A DNA stretch of 32,000 nucleotides from Deltaproteobacteria bacterium (GTDB lineage Bacteria > Desulfobacterota > Dissulfuribacteria > Dissulfuribacterales > QOAL01), in contig JALSQG010000095.1 of the NCBI GenBank assembly GCA_026985565.1, positions 6,634-38,633 of the forward strand, read 5' to 3'. The notes beneath the pieces are model-generated. The model saw only the letters and a program-made list of their open reading frames with translations, was not told the DNA's origin and ran no database searches. This document shows positions 7,046-17,173 of this stretch, in pieces. A program made the translations under genes and the position numbers. Every line of letters starts with the position of its first letter. Position 1 is the first letter of the stretch.

Positions 7046-8026
7046 TCACCCCTTTGCAGCCTTCTGGATATCTATTATGCCCTGTGTGCCAGGATAATCT
7101 TTTTTGGCATAACGGGTAATGTCAGTAAGCTTGTGTACCAGCTCTCCAAGATATTCCACCTGTTTTTCAAGCCTTGAAAGGGGCTTCTTATCCATTAGAC
7201 TTGCAGAGGAGCGAAGAAGCTCACAGTTTAAGAGGATGGCCTGAAGGGGCTGACTGAATTCATGGGCTACCGCCCCTGCCATTTCAACTATTCCCTCAAG
7301 CCTTTGCTGATCAAGAAGCAGCTCCTGGGCATGTTTAAGCTCTGTGATATCAAGAATGAGAGCTGCCACGTCATCTCCTTCTGGCCTCTTGGCAGTGGCA
7401 ATAAGAAACCATTTCCCTCTTTCCTTGTCGTGGTACTCCGTATTGCCCTTTGCCCCTTTTCCAACAAGATTTTTAATAAGTTCCTCATCAAAGGGAAGCC
7501 TTGGTGTCCCAAGCTGTTCCATAAGATTCATAAGGTCATAGGCAGACTTGTTGGCCCACTTTATGTTTCCATTAGTATCCATGATCACAAGGCCGGCACC
7601 TATCCGGGAGATTACCTTGCCCCACAACTCCCTTTCAACCCCGACCCGCTCTTCTATCTTACTGATCTCAACAGCACGCTGGATGATGTCTTTTAACTCT
7701 TTGGCATCAACAGGCTTTTCAAGATAGGAAAAGGCCCCTTCCTTCATGGAAACTACGGCATCATCAATCTTACCGTAGGCTGTCATGATGATGACCGGGA
7801 TGTAGGGGGCAATCTTTTTTATCTTGGCAAGAAGTTCCACCCCTTTTAGCCCATCCATCCTCTGATCGGTAAGGACCAAATCAAAATCCCCTTGTTTAAA
7901 GATCTCAATGGCATCAATGGGATTATCACAGGAGGTCACCTGAAGACCCATGAGTTCAAGGCGCATCTTTAAAACAGTAAGGATATTTTCATCATCATCA
8001 ACAAGAAGTATCTTTTTGGCTGACAT
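7046..8026 (-). CDS. Response-regulator receiver - PAS - HisKA(DHp) protein lacking a catalytic ATPase domain
   Basis: REC: KILLVDDDENIL...DLVLTDQRMDG...IIMTAYG. A central PAS-like segment follows. H-box: AVAHEFSQPLQAI. The protein ends about 70 aa after the H-box with no N/G1/F/G2 boxes. Confidence 0.85.
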   Translation of the reverse strand: MSAKKILLVDDDENILTVLKMRLELMGLQVTSCDNPIDAIEIFKQGDFDLVLTDQRMDGLKGVELLAKIKKIAPYIPVIIMTAYGKIDDAVVSMKEGAFSYLEKPVDAKELKDIIQRAVEISKIEERVGVERELWGKVISRIGAGLVIMDTNGNIKWANKSAYDLMNLMEQLGTPRLPFDEELIKNLVGKGAKGNTEYHDKERGKWFLIATAKRPEGDDVAALILDITELKHAQELLLDQQRLEGIVEMAGAVAHEFSQPLQAILLNCELLRSSASLMDKKPLSRLEKQVEYLGELVHKLTDITRYAKKDYPGTQGIIDIQKAAKG

Positions 8027-8048
8027 TTCCTATTCCATCCTTGATTTA

Positions 8049-8076
8049 TTGACAATCATCCAACATAAAATATAAG
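8049..8076 (+). promoter_or_regulatory. Candidate sigma70-type promoter for the M28 peptidase gene
   Basis: TTGACA (8049-8054), 16 nt spacer, TATAAG (8071-8076), about 25 nt upstream of the ATG at 8102. Confidence 0.4.
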
Positions 8077-8101
8077 CAAGATATATACCTTATAAAATAA
8101 A

Positions 8102-8989
8102 ATGAAAAGGGCAAACCCGAATAACATCAGAAACATAGTGAAGATATTGGCAGATGATATTGGCCCAAGACCAATAAGTAGGCCTGAAAGACTGGTTTTG
8201 GCCAGGGACTTTATTGCAGATTATTTCCAAGGACTGCATATGAGTGTTTCCTTTCAACCTGTGTACTACAAAGGAAAAGAATATCATAATGTCCTGGCCT
8301 CCATAGACGACACTTCACCCCTTGAACGAAATGAACGACAGATCTTGGTTGTAGGCGCCCATTATGACACTGTATCTTCCACACCTGGTGCAGATGACAA
8401 TGCAAGTGGCATAGCCGGGCTCCTTGAGACCGCTACCATTTTACGTCCTTTCTGCCCAGACAACGTAATTTTTGCTGCATTTTGTATGGAAGAGCCTCCA
8501 GTTTTCCGTACCAAGAAAATGGGTAGCTACCACTATGCCAAACATCTTAAACAAATAGGTCAAAAACTTGTTGGCATGATATGCCTTGAAATGCTTGGCT
8601 ATTTTTCAGACAGGGAAGGAAGCCAGAAATACCCATTTCCCCTTATGTCCAGAATCTATCCTAAAAGGGGTAACTTCATTGCAATAGTGGGAAACGTAAA
8701 AGCCAAACCCTTCACCATGACCCTGGCCAAATCCTTTTCAAGCCACACTCCAATCAAGGTTGAGACATTAAATGCCCCTGCCTTCATGATAGGCATAGAT
8801 TTTTCCGATCACTGGGCATTTCAAAAACTTGGCTATCAGGCAGTCATGGTGACTGATACAGCATTTTACAGAAACCCCAACTATCACAGACCAACAGACG
8901 TACCATCGACACTCGATTATGACCGAGCCGCCCAGGTAGTGGACGGCCTTGCAGGTGCCATCTCAGATATCTGCAGGCCCCGTCTTTAA
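8102..8989 (+). CDS. M28 family zinc aminopeptidase
   Basis: VVGAHYDTVSSTPGADDNASGIAGLLE and EEPP...G.S are M28 metal-ligand motifs. Confidence 0.85.
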   Translation: MKRANPNNIRNIVKILADDIGPRPISRPERLVLARDFIADYFQGLHMSVSFQPVYYKGKEYHNVLASIDDTSPLERNERQILVVGAHYDTVSSTPGADDNASGIAGLLETATILRPFCPDNVIFAAFCMEEPPVFRTKKMGSYHYAKHLKQIGQKLVGMICLEMLGYFSDREGSQKYPFPLMSRIYPKRGNFIAIVGNVKAKPFTMTLAKSFSSHTPIKVETLNAPAFMIGIDFSDHWAFQKLGYQAVMVTDTAFYRNPNYHRPTDVPSTLDYDRAAQVVDGLAGAISDICRPRL

Positions 8990-9474
8990 TCTCTGTGCCA
9001 GAAAACAGTGACGGTCTTTTCACCATCACCATATTCCAATTTATATTCCCCTTGATAGGATCGTCTGATCGCCTCTCCGATCCGTTTGGCAAGATGAATG
9101 CCCGTAGTTAACACATTGAGACCGGTTTCTGACTCTTTGATTTCCATTATCCTTTCAAGGGGATGCTGACTCTTTTCCGCCTTTTCCTCATTTCGAATAA
9201 GATTCAGTATCTCATCTCCATGACTCTTCAAAAACCTACCAGAAAGCTCTATTACACCTGCAGGCATCCTTTCTTTTATTCTCCTACAAGCAGGGCAAAG
9301 TGCACTATTTGCCTTTTCAGGCTTTTCCTCCAACCAAACCCACCGTCCATCCGTATAAACAGCGCCACATTCAGGGCATACAGTTGGCTCAGGAAATTTT
9401 TCCCTTGCCTGATAGGGATCATGACGTTTTTCCTTTACCAGCCTGTCCAACCTCCCAAACTTGCCCTTATCCAT
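8986..9474 (-). CDS. Conserved zinc-ribbon protein (two CxxC pairs; resembles the family annotated as BCAM0308/NMD3-like)
   Basis: CPECGAVYTDGRWVW ... CPACRRIK. GGAGG lies upstream of the ATG. The family name is from memory only. Confidence 0.65.
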   Translation of the reverse strand: MDKGKFGRLDRLVKEKRHDPYQAREKFPEPTVCPECGAVYTDGRWVWLEEKPEKANSALCPACRRIKERMPAGVIELSGRFLKSHGDEILNLIRNEEKAEKSQHPLERIMEIKESETGLNVLTTGIHLAKRIGEAIRRSYQGEYKLEYGDGEKTVTVFWHRD

Positions 9475-9584
9475 AGGTTACCTCCTTGGTATTGTGAGAA
9501 ACAGCGATGGGCTGTCTTGCTAATTGAAAGTTAGGCATTACTTGTTGGACAAACAAGATCGGCTGAGGTAAAGAGACAGCCTCA

Positions 9585-10139
9585 TTATCTCTTCTGATAG
9601 GTCCCGACCAGCACTGCCTCTGCCAAGATGTGTCCTTTCATTGCCTCAAGTAACTGAGGCTTTGAAGGCCGATCCAGTTGATCAAACACCGTGTCCAAAG
9701 CGTAGAGCTTGAAAAAATACCTATGACGACCAATTGGTGGACATGGCCCACCGTAGCCTGTCCTTTGCCAGTCATTGATTCCCGATTTAGCACCCTTTGG
9801 CAGATGTCCATCTGATGCACCCTCTGGCAGGTGATCCACATCAGGCGGGATATTGAAAAGGACCCAGTGAACCCACGTCATCTTTGGATTTGCCGGATCT
9901 GGCGCATCAGGATCATCTACAATAAGGGCGAGACTCTTTGTTCCTGCTGGCACACCAGTCCATTCCAATGGGGGAGATATATCCTCACCCTGACAAGTAT
10001 ATTTAGTAGGGATCTCGGAACCGTTTTCAAAGGCCTTTGAAACAAGCTTGAAAGACATAGTCACATCTCCTAAACAGTAGTGGATTGAAACCAAAAGGAT
10101 AAAGACGATGAGTGAGACGAAAGTTAAATATCTTTTCAT
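9585..10139 (-). CDS. YbhB/YbcL family Raf-kinase-inhibitor-like (PEBP) protein, secreted
   Basis: N-terminal signal peptide. Motifs: DISPPLEW, LIVDDPDAP, WVHWVLFNIP, GYGGPCPPIGRHRYFFKLYALD. Confidence 0.9.
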   Translation of the reverse strand: MKRYLTFVSLIVFILLVSIHYCLGDVTMSFKLVSKAFENGSEIPTKYTCQGEDISPPLEWTGVPAGTKSLALIVDDPDAPDPANPKMTWVHWVLFNIPPDVDHLPEGASDGHLPKGAKSGINDWQRTGYGGPCPPIGRHRYFFKLYALDTVFDQLDRPSKPQLLEAMKGHILAEAVLVGTYQKR

Positions 10140-10244
10140 AATATCTATTTTATCAAAAAAATGAATAATTTGAACAACAAATTACCCTTGACCATGAACG
10201 AAAAACACTTACCTTCAATTCATACAACAAGACAGGAGGCGGTC

Positions 10245-10634
10245 ATGGCAAAAACGAGAAGGCCACTTACCAAAAAGGAGATCGAAAAATTCAAAAAGAT
10301 GTTGTTGGAAAGACGGGACGAGATCTGGGAGGAAATAAGGCAGGATCTAAAATCCAGGGTAAGCGAAGAGTATCATTCTGCAATAAACGATGTTAAAGAC
10401 GAAGAGGATGTTGCCCAGCTTGATTTACAGGAAGAGGTGATCCTGGGGGTGATGGAGGCACGGAAAAAGGAACTTGAAGCCATAAACCAGGCCCTTTGGA
10501 GGATAGAGCATAACGAATATGGAAGATGCCTTGAATGTGAGGACTGGATCTGTCTTGAAAGACTAAACGTTCGGCCTTGGGCGGTTTACTGCCTAGAATG
10601 CAAGCAGGAACTTGAAAGGCTTGGAAAGATATAG
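10245..10634 (+). CDS. TraR/DksA family C4 zinc-finger protein
   Basis: CLECEDWI...(17 aa)...CLECKQ zinc finger preceded by an acidic coiled coil. I prefer the ATG at 10245 (AGGAGG upstream) over the track start at 10161. Confidence 0.8.
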   Translation: MAKTRRPLTKKEIEKFKKMLLERRDEIWEEIRQDLKSRVSEEYHSAINDVKDEEDVAQLDLQEEVILGVMEARKKELEAINQALWRIEHNEYGRCLECEDWICLERLNVRPWAVYCLECKQELERLGKI

Positions 10635-10646
10635 CTCTAAGATGTT

Positions 10647-11600
10647 TTATGGCGAAAATTCCTGTATCAGCCTCTTCTTTATGGATTTTTCATCGAAGTT
10701 ATGAAGGCAGATGGTGTTAGTACACCTTCTGTATGCATCTTCGCATGGACTGCAAGAGACCAGGCTTTTGAATGTATGAACACTGCCGCAGACTGGCCTC
10801 CAAAGACTTTCTTTAGTAGGGCCAAAGTTGATGAAGGTTCTGGCCCCACACCAGGCGGCAAGATGTGATATGCCTGAATCGTTGCCCCAATATACCTTAG
10901 CCATTCCAAGAAGTTCTGAAAGTGATACCAGATCGAAATTGCTTGCAATCTTAACAGAACCTTCATACATCAAGGCAAAGCCTTCCACCTCGTTTACCAA
11001 GTCCGCCTCTGCCGGTCCAAGAATGAAACAGATGGAAAGATCATCCATGCATTCCAACAGGGCCTGTGCCACCTTTAGGAAAAACGAAACTGGAAGATTT
11101 TTTTTGGGGCTTCCGCTTCCAGGATGGATTGCAAGATCAAAGCCCGTTCGATCATCACCACTTCTTGCATAGACAAGGGGTTTACAAAACTGATGAATAG
11201 AGCCTTCAGGAGCTTCCAACATCTTTTTTACCTGCTCAAATTGAAAGAGTGAGCAATTGGTCTCATCAGGGCCTTCATCTACTGTAAAAATGACCTTCGC
11301 CTGTTTTTCAGAATCTGGCATCATTAAAATAGTTGGTACCAGGCCTCTTCTTCTGGTAAACCACCAGATATCGTCAAAATAGTCCAAATGGGGAGGAATG
11401 GTGCCAGCATATAGCTGGGAAAATGCCGCTGAATTCGTTGGAAACACAGAGGAGACCTCTCCGCTCGCCTTTAGGAAAAGACATCTTTCAGGCTCGCCAG
11501 CCAGTGTGAAGTTACCCTTGTATCTGCCTATAAGTCGAAGGGCTGGAAGAGAAAGAAACAGATCCCCTAAGGCACCTTGATTTACCACCAAAGTTGGCAT
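10647..11600 (-). CDS. Glycosyltransferase family 9 (LPS heptosyltransferase-like)
   Basis: N-terminal LVVNQGALGDLFLSLPALRLI, GNDSGISHLAAWCG, and a C-terminal CSPC...C....C cluster. I prefer the ATG at 11600 (GGGGGA upstream). Confidence 0.85.
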   Translation of the reverse strand: MPTLVVNQGALGDLFLSLPALRLIGRYKGNFTLAGEPERCLFLKASGEVSSVFPTNSAAFSQLYAGTIPPHLDYFDDIWWFTRRRGLVPTILMMPDSEKQAKVIFTVDEGPDETNCSLFQFEQVKKMLEAPEGSIHQFCKPLVYARSGDDRTGFDLAIHPGSGSPKKNLPVSFFLKVAQALLECMDDLSICFILGPAEADLVNEVEGFALMYEGSVKIASNFDLVSLSELLGMAKVYWGNDSGISHLAAWCGARTFINFGPTKESLWRPVCGSVHTFKSLVSCSPCEDAYRRCTNTICLHNFDEKSIKKRLIQEFSP

Positions 11601-11706
11601 GACATTCCCCCTTGATTTAAGGATTTTCAACAAGCAGACAGTATAAAGTATGTAATTCCGGAAAAACAGCTACAAAGATCGGTACAAATACGTTACATTG
11701 TCCGTC

Positions 11707-11734
11707 TTGACAGTCAGCAAGATAATACTATCAA
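11707..11734 (+). promoter_or_regulatory. Candidate promoter for icd
   Basis: TTGACA (11707-11712), 16 nt spacer, TATCAA (11729-11734). The -10 element is weak. Confidence 0.3.
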
Positions 11735-11788
11735 AACAGCAACAGGGCTATACCAACTGCTCACACAACTAACAGAGGAGGAAATCTT

Positions 11789-13009
11789 ATGGCAGGGGAT
11801 AAAATTACCATAAACCCTGATGGCACATTAACAGTTCCAGACAATCCTGTAATACCATTTATCGAAGGTGACGGCATTGGTCCTGACATCTGGCGTGCCA
11901 CCAAAATGGTCCTTGATGCCTCGATTGCTAAGGCATACGAAGGCAAGCGCTCCATCCTTTGGAAGGAGATCTATGCTGGAGAAAAGGCAAAGGAAAAAAC
12001 AGGGCAATATCTTCCCAAGGAAACCCTTGAGGCCATTGCAAAGTATGTTGTTGCCATTAAAGGGCCTTTAACCACTCCTGTTGGAGAAGGCATAAGGAGC
12101 CTGAATGTCACTCTAAGACAGGTGCTTGATCTTTACGCATGTGTTAGACCGGTCAGATATTTTAAGGGTGTGCCAAGTCCTGTAAAGAGGCCAGAGCTTG
12201 TGAACATGGTCATCTTCAGGGAAAACACAGAGGATGTCTATGCCGGAATCGAGTGGCCTGCTGAAAGCCCGGAGGCCAAAAAAGTTATCGAGTTTTTGGG
12301 AAAGGAGCTTGGCGCAAAAATAAGGCCTGATTCAGGAATAGGAATCAAACCCATCAGCAAGACCGGAACCTTCCGCCTGGTTAGAAAGGCCATTAGGTAT
12401 GCCATAGAAAACAAACAGGAGTCCGTGACCCTCGTACACAAGGGCAATATCATGAAATATACAGAGGGTGCCTTTCGAAATTGGGGTTATGAGCTTGCAG
12501 AAACGGAATTTGGCCACATGACCATTTCTGAGGCCAAGCTTTGGGACGAGCACAACGGCAAGGTACCAGAAGGAAAGGTAGTGATAAAAGACAGAATAGC
12601 CGATGCCATGTTTCAGCAGATCCTTCTAAGACCTGCAGAATACAGTGTGCTTGCCATGCCAAACTTGAATGGAGATTACATGTCCGATGCCTTGGCTGCG
12701 CAAGTGGGAGGCCTTGGAATGGCACCAGGGGCAAACATTGGAGATGGGGTTGCCCTGTTTGAGGCAACACATGGCACAGCACCCAAATATGCTGGTCTTG
12801 ACAAGGTAAATCCTGGCTCGCTCATCCTTTCAGGTGCCATGATGCTTGAATATCTTGGATGGACAGAGGCACGCGATCTTATCTATAGTGGTCTTGAAAA
12901 GGCTATTTCAAAAAAACGGGTCACATACGATCTTGCCAGACAGATACCTGATGCAACCGAGGTTAAATGCTCTGAATTTGCCAAAAGTATCGTTGAATCC
13001 ATGGATTAA
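11789..13009 (+). CDS. icd: NADP-dependent isocitrate dehydrogenase
   Basis: 406 aa. [67 protein letters not shown] upstream. Confidence 0.95.
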   Translation: MAGDKITINPDGTLTVPDNPVIPFIEGDGIGPDIWRATKMVLDASIAKAYEGKRSILWKEIYAGEKAKEKTGQYLPKETLEAIAKYVVAIKGPLTTPVGEGIRSLNVTLRQVLDLYACVRPVRYFKGVPSPVKRPELVNMVIFRENTEDVYAGIEWPAESPEAKKVIEFLGKELGAKIRPDSGIGIKPISKTGTFRLVRKAIRYAIENKQESVTLVHKGNIMKYTEGAFRNWGYELAETEFGHMTISEAKLWDEHNGKVPEGKVVIKDRIADAMFQQILLRPAEYSVLAMPNLNGDYMSDALAAQVGGLGMAPGANIGDGVALFEATHGTAPKYAGLDKVNPGSLILSGAMMLEYLGWTEARDLIYSGLEKAISKKRVTYDLARQIPDATEVKCSEFAKSIVESMD

Positions 13010-13784
13010 AAAACGAATCCATCACCCGAGGGGTCGATTAGAAGGCAAAGTAAGTCTTTGTAGCCGACTCCTCGACTTTATCTTTCCACCCCTTTGTCCT
13101 TCATGCCAAAAACCCCTTGGCCTTCCTGCTTCATCTTCCCTTTGCAGCAGATGTCTAAAAGAAGTTCAAAGAATCACCCCACCCTTTTGTACCATTTGCG
13201 GGCAACCATTTCATGGAAAAGAGGGAATAAATCATGTGTGCGGAAAATGTACTGGGACAAAGACGCCAAAGTTGGATTTGACAAGGTCTTTTTTTACCTA
13301 TGAAGGAACGGTTGCACAACTTATAAAGGGCCTTAAGTATGGAAAAGACCTGACATGTCTTAGGGCAATATTGGAGCTGGCCACTCCTATTTTGCCATCC
13401 TTGTTAAAGGAGCTTCCTCCAAAGGCCTGTGACCTTTCAGAGACCTGCGTCATACCAGTGCCACTTCACAAAAGAAGGCTCAAATCTCGCGGTTTCAATC
13501 AGTCTTTGTTGATAGCAAAGGGACTTTTCCCAACCATGAAAATCTGCACCCTGACAGTTCAAAAAACGGTGGATACCAGACCACAAAGCTCTCTTACAGG
13601 CAAAGAGAGGGCCAAAAACATAAAAGGGGCATTTGATATAAAAAAATCACCCCTTCCATCTTCTTACTTTATCTTAGTAGATGATGTTGTTACTACTGGA
13701 AGCACTCTTAGGGAGATAGCAAAACTTCTTAAGAAAAATGGTGCAAAGGGCGTATGTGCCTTGACCATCGCAAGAACCATTTGA
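12993..13784 (+). CDS. comF: ComF family protein (phosphoribosyltransferase domain)
   Basis: [14 protein letters not shown]...C..C zinc-binding N-terminus and the PRTase motif [13 protein letters not shown]. The start is uncertain: no ATG follows the icd stop. Candidates in this frame are TTG 12993, TTG 12978 and ATG 12951. The track start at 12846 lies deep inside icd and I reject it. Confidence 0.75.
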   Translation: MNPWIKKRIHHPRGRLEGKVSLCSRLLDFIFPPLCPSCQKPLGLPASSSLCSRCLKEVQRITPPFCTICGQPFHGKEGINHVCGKCTGTKTPKLDLTRSFFTYEGTVAQLIKGLKYGKDLTCLRAILELATPILPSLLKELPPKACDLSETCVIPVPLHKRRLKSRGFNQSLLIAKGLFPTMKICTLTVQKTVDTRPQSSLTGKERAKNIKGAFDIKKSPLPSSYFILVDDVVTTGSTLREIAKLLKKNGAKGVCALTIARTI

Positions 13785-13795
13785 AGGGTCAATTG

Positions 13796-14992
13796 TTATC
13801 TAACCCAGCTCCAATGGTTTCCAAAGAAACGAAGCAAAAGGAGAGATGAAGGATCAAGGCCCGAGTGATCTCTTTTGTCAAAATGAAATGTGCCTGTAAC
13901 GCCATAATAGGCCCTAACACCAGACTCAAGGGCGTTTCTAAGAGATCTCCTGCCATTAACTTTAAATGATCTCATGGCATGGGCAATCACACATATACCG
14001 TCCCACGCCTGTACAGCACACAACTTAGACCCAAAAGTCATGGAGGGAAAATCCTTGTCAAATCTGGCAAGAAAGTTTCTTGCAACAAACGATAGATTTT
14101 TCTTAAGCCCAGCAGGCGCAAGGACCCGTGGGATAGCAACAAAGACGAGTTTGGCAGTTGCGTTTGCATCGTAGGCCATATCTTGTGGAAACAGCGTGTG
14201 GGCAAGACCAAGAGGCAAATCAACTCTGTCAAGTGTCTCAAAAACAGGCTCTTTTGCCTTAGAGTTTGCCCATATGAGCCCAACATCTGGATCGCATCTA
14301 TTTAGCCACGAAAGCTTTCTTGAAATATCCTCCCTATTCAGATTGAACCCTTCTGCACACGATATAGAAAGACCATATTCAGGGGCATATCCCCTTATCC
14401 AGAGAAACAGCTCCCTATAAAAATCGCCTGTCTGCACCAAGACACCAATGCTTTCATAACCCCGTTTTTGAAATAGGGAAAAGAGTGCCTTTAGCTCAGA
14501 GGCAAAATTCAGTGTGACCGAAAAGGTCCACTTGGTCTTAATCCCTGAAAAGGTAAGAATCGGGCTAGAACCGGCTATCAAGACCAGGGGAATGTGATGA
14601 TTTTCTGCATAGCGTCTTAAGATAAGACAATTTTTAGGCGCTGTAGGGCCTAAAAAGGCCATTACGCCTTCAGCTTCAAGCCTGCTTGCACCCTCCAGAA
14701 GCTTGGTGGGATCTGACATGGTATCAAAAACAATGATTTCTATGGGCCTGCCCATTATACCGCCTTGGAGGTTGATATCCTCAACCGCATATCTTATCGC
14801 CTTGTAAGCTGCTGTTCCTTGGACACTGAGAGGCCCGGAAAGATCAAGAAGCGCCCCTATCTTAACCGAAGCGGAGCCTTGACATGATGATGCAAGTAAA
14901 AAGAACGCCCAAAAGAAGAAAATGATTGTCAGAAGGCCCCTGGCTTCCGACCTCATAAAAATTGGCCTAAGAAAAGCCATCAACACACCCAC
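13796..14992 (-). CDS. Periplasmic ABC-type substrate-binding protein (LivK/branched-chain amino acid-binding-like), orphan
   Basis: Signal peptide, then VKIGALLDLSGPLSVQGTAAYKAIRYAVEDINLQGGIMGRPIEIIVFDTMSDP, typical of the Leu/Ile/Val-binding family. No permease or ATPase gene is adjacent. The start is GTG 14992 or ATG 14980. Confidence 0.8.
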   Translation of the reverse strand: MGVLMAFLRPIFMRSEARGLLTIIFFFWAFFLLASSCQGSASVKIGALLDLSGPLSVQGTAAYKAIRYAVEDINLQGGIMGRPIEIIVFDTMSDPTKLLEGASRLEAEGVMAFLGPTAPKNCLILRRYAENHHIPLVLIAGSSPILTFSGIKTKWTFSVTLNFASELKALFSLFQKRGYESIGVLVQTGDFYRELFLWIRGYAPEYGLSISCAEGFNLNREDISRKLSWLNRCDPDVGLIWANSKAKEPVFETLDRVDLPLGLAHTLFPQDMAYDANATAKLVFVAIPRVLAPAGLKKNLSFVARNFLARFDKDFPSMTFGSKLCAVQAWDGICVIAHAMRSFKVNGRRSLRNALESGVRAYYGVTGTFHFDKRDHSGLDPSSLLLLRFFGNHWSWVR

Positions 14993-14996
14993 TTGC

Positions 14997-15836
14997 CTAT
15001 CTTAATAACTTAAGCTGTCTTTTGGCCGCCTTGGCCTGCGGCGTGTTGGGATAGTTTTTAATAATCCTTTTTAAGAGAATACGTGCACTTTCCTTATCAC
15101 CTAATTTTGCAAAGGCGAACCCTTGCTTCAGCAGGGCATCAGGAACCTTGTTGCTTTTTGGATACTTGTTTATGACCTTGTTGTATTCAAGTATTGCCTC
15201 TTCATATCTTGAGAGTCTATACTCACATTCTCCAATCCAGAAGTGGGCATTTGCCACCCTAGGAGATGTAGGATGTTCCTTGATAAAATTCCTGAAAGCC
15301 TTCTTTGCATCCTGATATTTCTTGAGCTTGAAAAGGCTTAAGCCTTCTTGGTAAAGATCGGTTTCCTTCTCCTTGGGGCTTACCTGGTTAGGTTTGGGAC
15401 TTATGGTTGTGGTTGCAGGCTGACTTTTTACAGAGGAGGCTGGGGCAACTGCTGTCGGCCTGGAAGCGGTTTTCTGAAGGCTATTTTGTATAGCCTCCTT
15501 AAGCTGGGCAAGCTCAGACTCTTCCCTTTCCTGATTGTACTTGAGCTGATCCACCAAGCCATTAATTCTCATTAGTTCGCTTTCAAGGCTATCCATCCTG
15601 GCGTTAAGCCTTGCAATGGACTTTCTGCCGCTTTGGCCAGCCTCTCCAGTTACCTGTGACAGTTGACGTTTAAGAGACTGGAGCTCCTGATCCATCCTGT
15701 TTGTTTCCACCTTGAGACCAGATACGTTTCGATCCAACATGTCGATCTGGGCCTGTGGAGCGCAACTTACCAGAAACATCGTAAGTATCACAAGAAAGAC
15801 CGTTTTTATTCCATTTTCATTACCTTTTAGCTTCAT
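14997..15836 (-). CDS. ybgF: Tol-Pal system protein YbgF/CpoB (coiled coil + TPR)
   Basis: Lipobox LVSC. An N-terminal coiled coil is followed by a Pro/Thr linker. C-terminal TPR: YQEGLSLFKLKKYQDAKKAFRNFIKEHPTSPRVANAHFWIGECEY...KYPKSNKVPDALLKQGFAF. Confidence 0.85.
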   Translation of the reverse strand: MKLKGNENGIKTVFLVILTMFLVSCAPQAQIDMLDRNVSGLKVETNRMDQELQSLKRQLSQVTGEAGQSGRKSIARLNARMDSLESELMRINGLVDQLKYNQEREESELAQLKEAIQNSLQKTASRPTAVAPASSVKSQPATTTISPKPNQVSPKEKETDLYQEGLSLFKLKKYQDAKKAFRNFIKEHPTSPRVANAHFWIGECEYRLSRYEEAILEYNKVINKYPKSNKVPDALLKQGFAFAKLGDKESARILLKRIIKNYPNTPQAKAAKRQLKLLR

Positions 15837-15866
15837 GAATCATCCCCTCTTTAAAATCTCACCATC

Positions 15867-17135
15867 CTATTTGAAATTGTTTGGACCCCAGAAAGGAAAA
15901 TAGTCCCTTTTGCCATATCTTAATAGCAATCGCTGATTCTGACCATTGGCCTGCATTACAAACAGATGTTTGTTGCCGTCAAGCCTGTTTGAACTAAAAA
16001 GTATGAGCCTTCCATCAGGAGACCACGTAGGATTTTCGTTGTTACCCTCAAAGGTCAATTGAACAGGATCACCACCGTCTGGAGATATGGTGAATATCTC
16101 AAACCTGCCACCAACCCTGCTAACATATACTATCCTATTGCCCTCAGGCGACCATTGTGGATCAGTGTTGTAACTTCCACTGTAGGTCAGACGTCTGACC
16201 CTTCCAGAAGACACATCAAGGATATATAACTGAGGCCCTCCTGCCCTATCTGATACAAAAACGATCTTGCTACCATCTGGGGAAAAAGAGGGGGAAACAT
16301 TTATCCCAGGCCCTCTCGTAAGCCTTCTAAGGACCCTTCCGTTTAGATCCAACATATAAATATCCGGGTTTCCAGACTTGCTCAGGGTGACAGCAAGACG
16401 CCTGCCAGACGGATGCCAAGACGGAGACATATTCACACCCTGAAAGCAGGCTATTTTCCTTATCCTGCCAGATGAACGATCTTTCAAATAAAGACAGGGC
16501 CTTCCTGTCTTGAATGCAGTAAAGGCTATGTATCTGCCGTCAGGGGAAAACCTTGGCGACATGACTATGGTATGAAGCCTTGTTTCTTGCCTGATGGAAC
16601 CACCATCAAAATCTGCCGAATATATTTCCTTACCAGAAGCACCATCTGAAACAAAAACGATACGTGAAAGCATTACACCCGGACTGCCAGTTATGGCCAG
16701 CACGATCTCGTTTGCAAACCTGTGAGCCACCTTAGAAAGTGCAGAAGAAGTCGCTATATATCTTCTGCCAACCATCATGGACCTACTGGAGAGGTCATAA
16801 AGTTTCATAACCACAGTTATGTCCGGACCTTTTCGTGCAAACGACGTGGTAACCTTGTAGTCAACCTTTTCGCCATGACCCAGGCTGGCAGACTCAAATA
16901 CAGAAAAGAAGCCTTGAAAAAGAAGATCTTTTGTAAGGGTTTTCACAACTCTTTGTGCCTCATGTCTATTTTCATAGGTCATGACTGACACAGTGGGATT
17001 TTCGATCAATATAGGAATCTTCTGAAAATAGGGCGAATTGATATCTATGAAGATTTTTGCACTAAGAGTGTTAGGACTTATGCACCACAAAAGAAAAAAA
17101 AGGGCCAATATTCTAAAACCACTCGTCTTGTTCAC
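15867..17135 (-). CDS. tolB: Tol-Pal system beta-propeller protein TolB
   Basis: Signal peptide and repeated PxWSPDG-type blades: PRFSPDGRYIAF, PSWHPSGRRLA, PSFSPDGSKIVF, PQWSPEGNRIVY, PTWSPDGRLILF. GTG start. Confidence 0.92.
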   Translation of the reverse strand: MNKTSGFRILALFFLLWCISPNTLSAKIFIDINSPYFQKIPILIENPTVSVMTYENRHEAQRVVKTLTKDLLFQGFFSVFESASLGHGEKVDYKVTTSFARKGPDITVVMKLYDLSSRSMMVGRRYIATSSALSKVAHRFANEIVLAITGSPGVMLSRIVFVSDGASGKEIYSADFDGGSIRQETRLHTIVMSPRFSPDGRYIAFTAFKTGRPCLYLKDRSSGRIRKIACFQGVNMSPSWHPSGRRLAVTLSKSGNPDIYMLDLNGRVLRRLTRGPGINVSPSFSPDGSKIVFVSDRAGGPQLYILDVSSGRVRRLTYSGSYNTDPQWSPEGNRIVYVSRVGGRFEIFTISPDGGDPVQLTFEGNNENPTWSPDGRLILFSSNRLDGNKHLFVMQANGQNQRLLLRYGKRDYFPFWGPNNFK

Positions 17136-17173
17136 TTCGGATTACCTTCTTGCTCAACTTGATTGCTCGCCAA

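Noticed and set aside
8986-8989. Convergent genes sharing overlapping stop codons (TTAA) between the M28 peptidase and the zinc-ribbon protein
   Set aside because: It is real but trivial. It reflects gene packing and leaves no room for a terminator. No functional claim is made.
10161-10244. N-terminal extension of the DksA/TraR ORF
   Set aside because: The ATG at 10245 is preceded by AGGAGG. The 28 extra residues have no SD and are not typical of the family.
12846-12992. Long N-terminal extension of the ComF ORF (track start 12846)
   Set aside because: It lies inside the well-supported icd coding region in another frame. The ComF homology starts only at [13 protein letters not shown].
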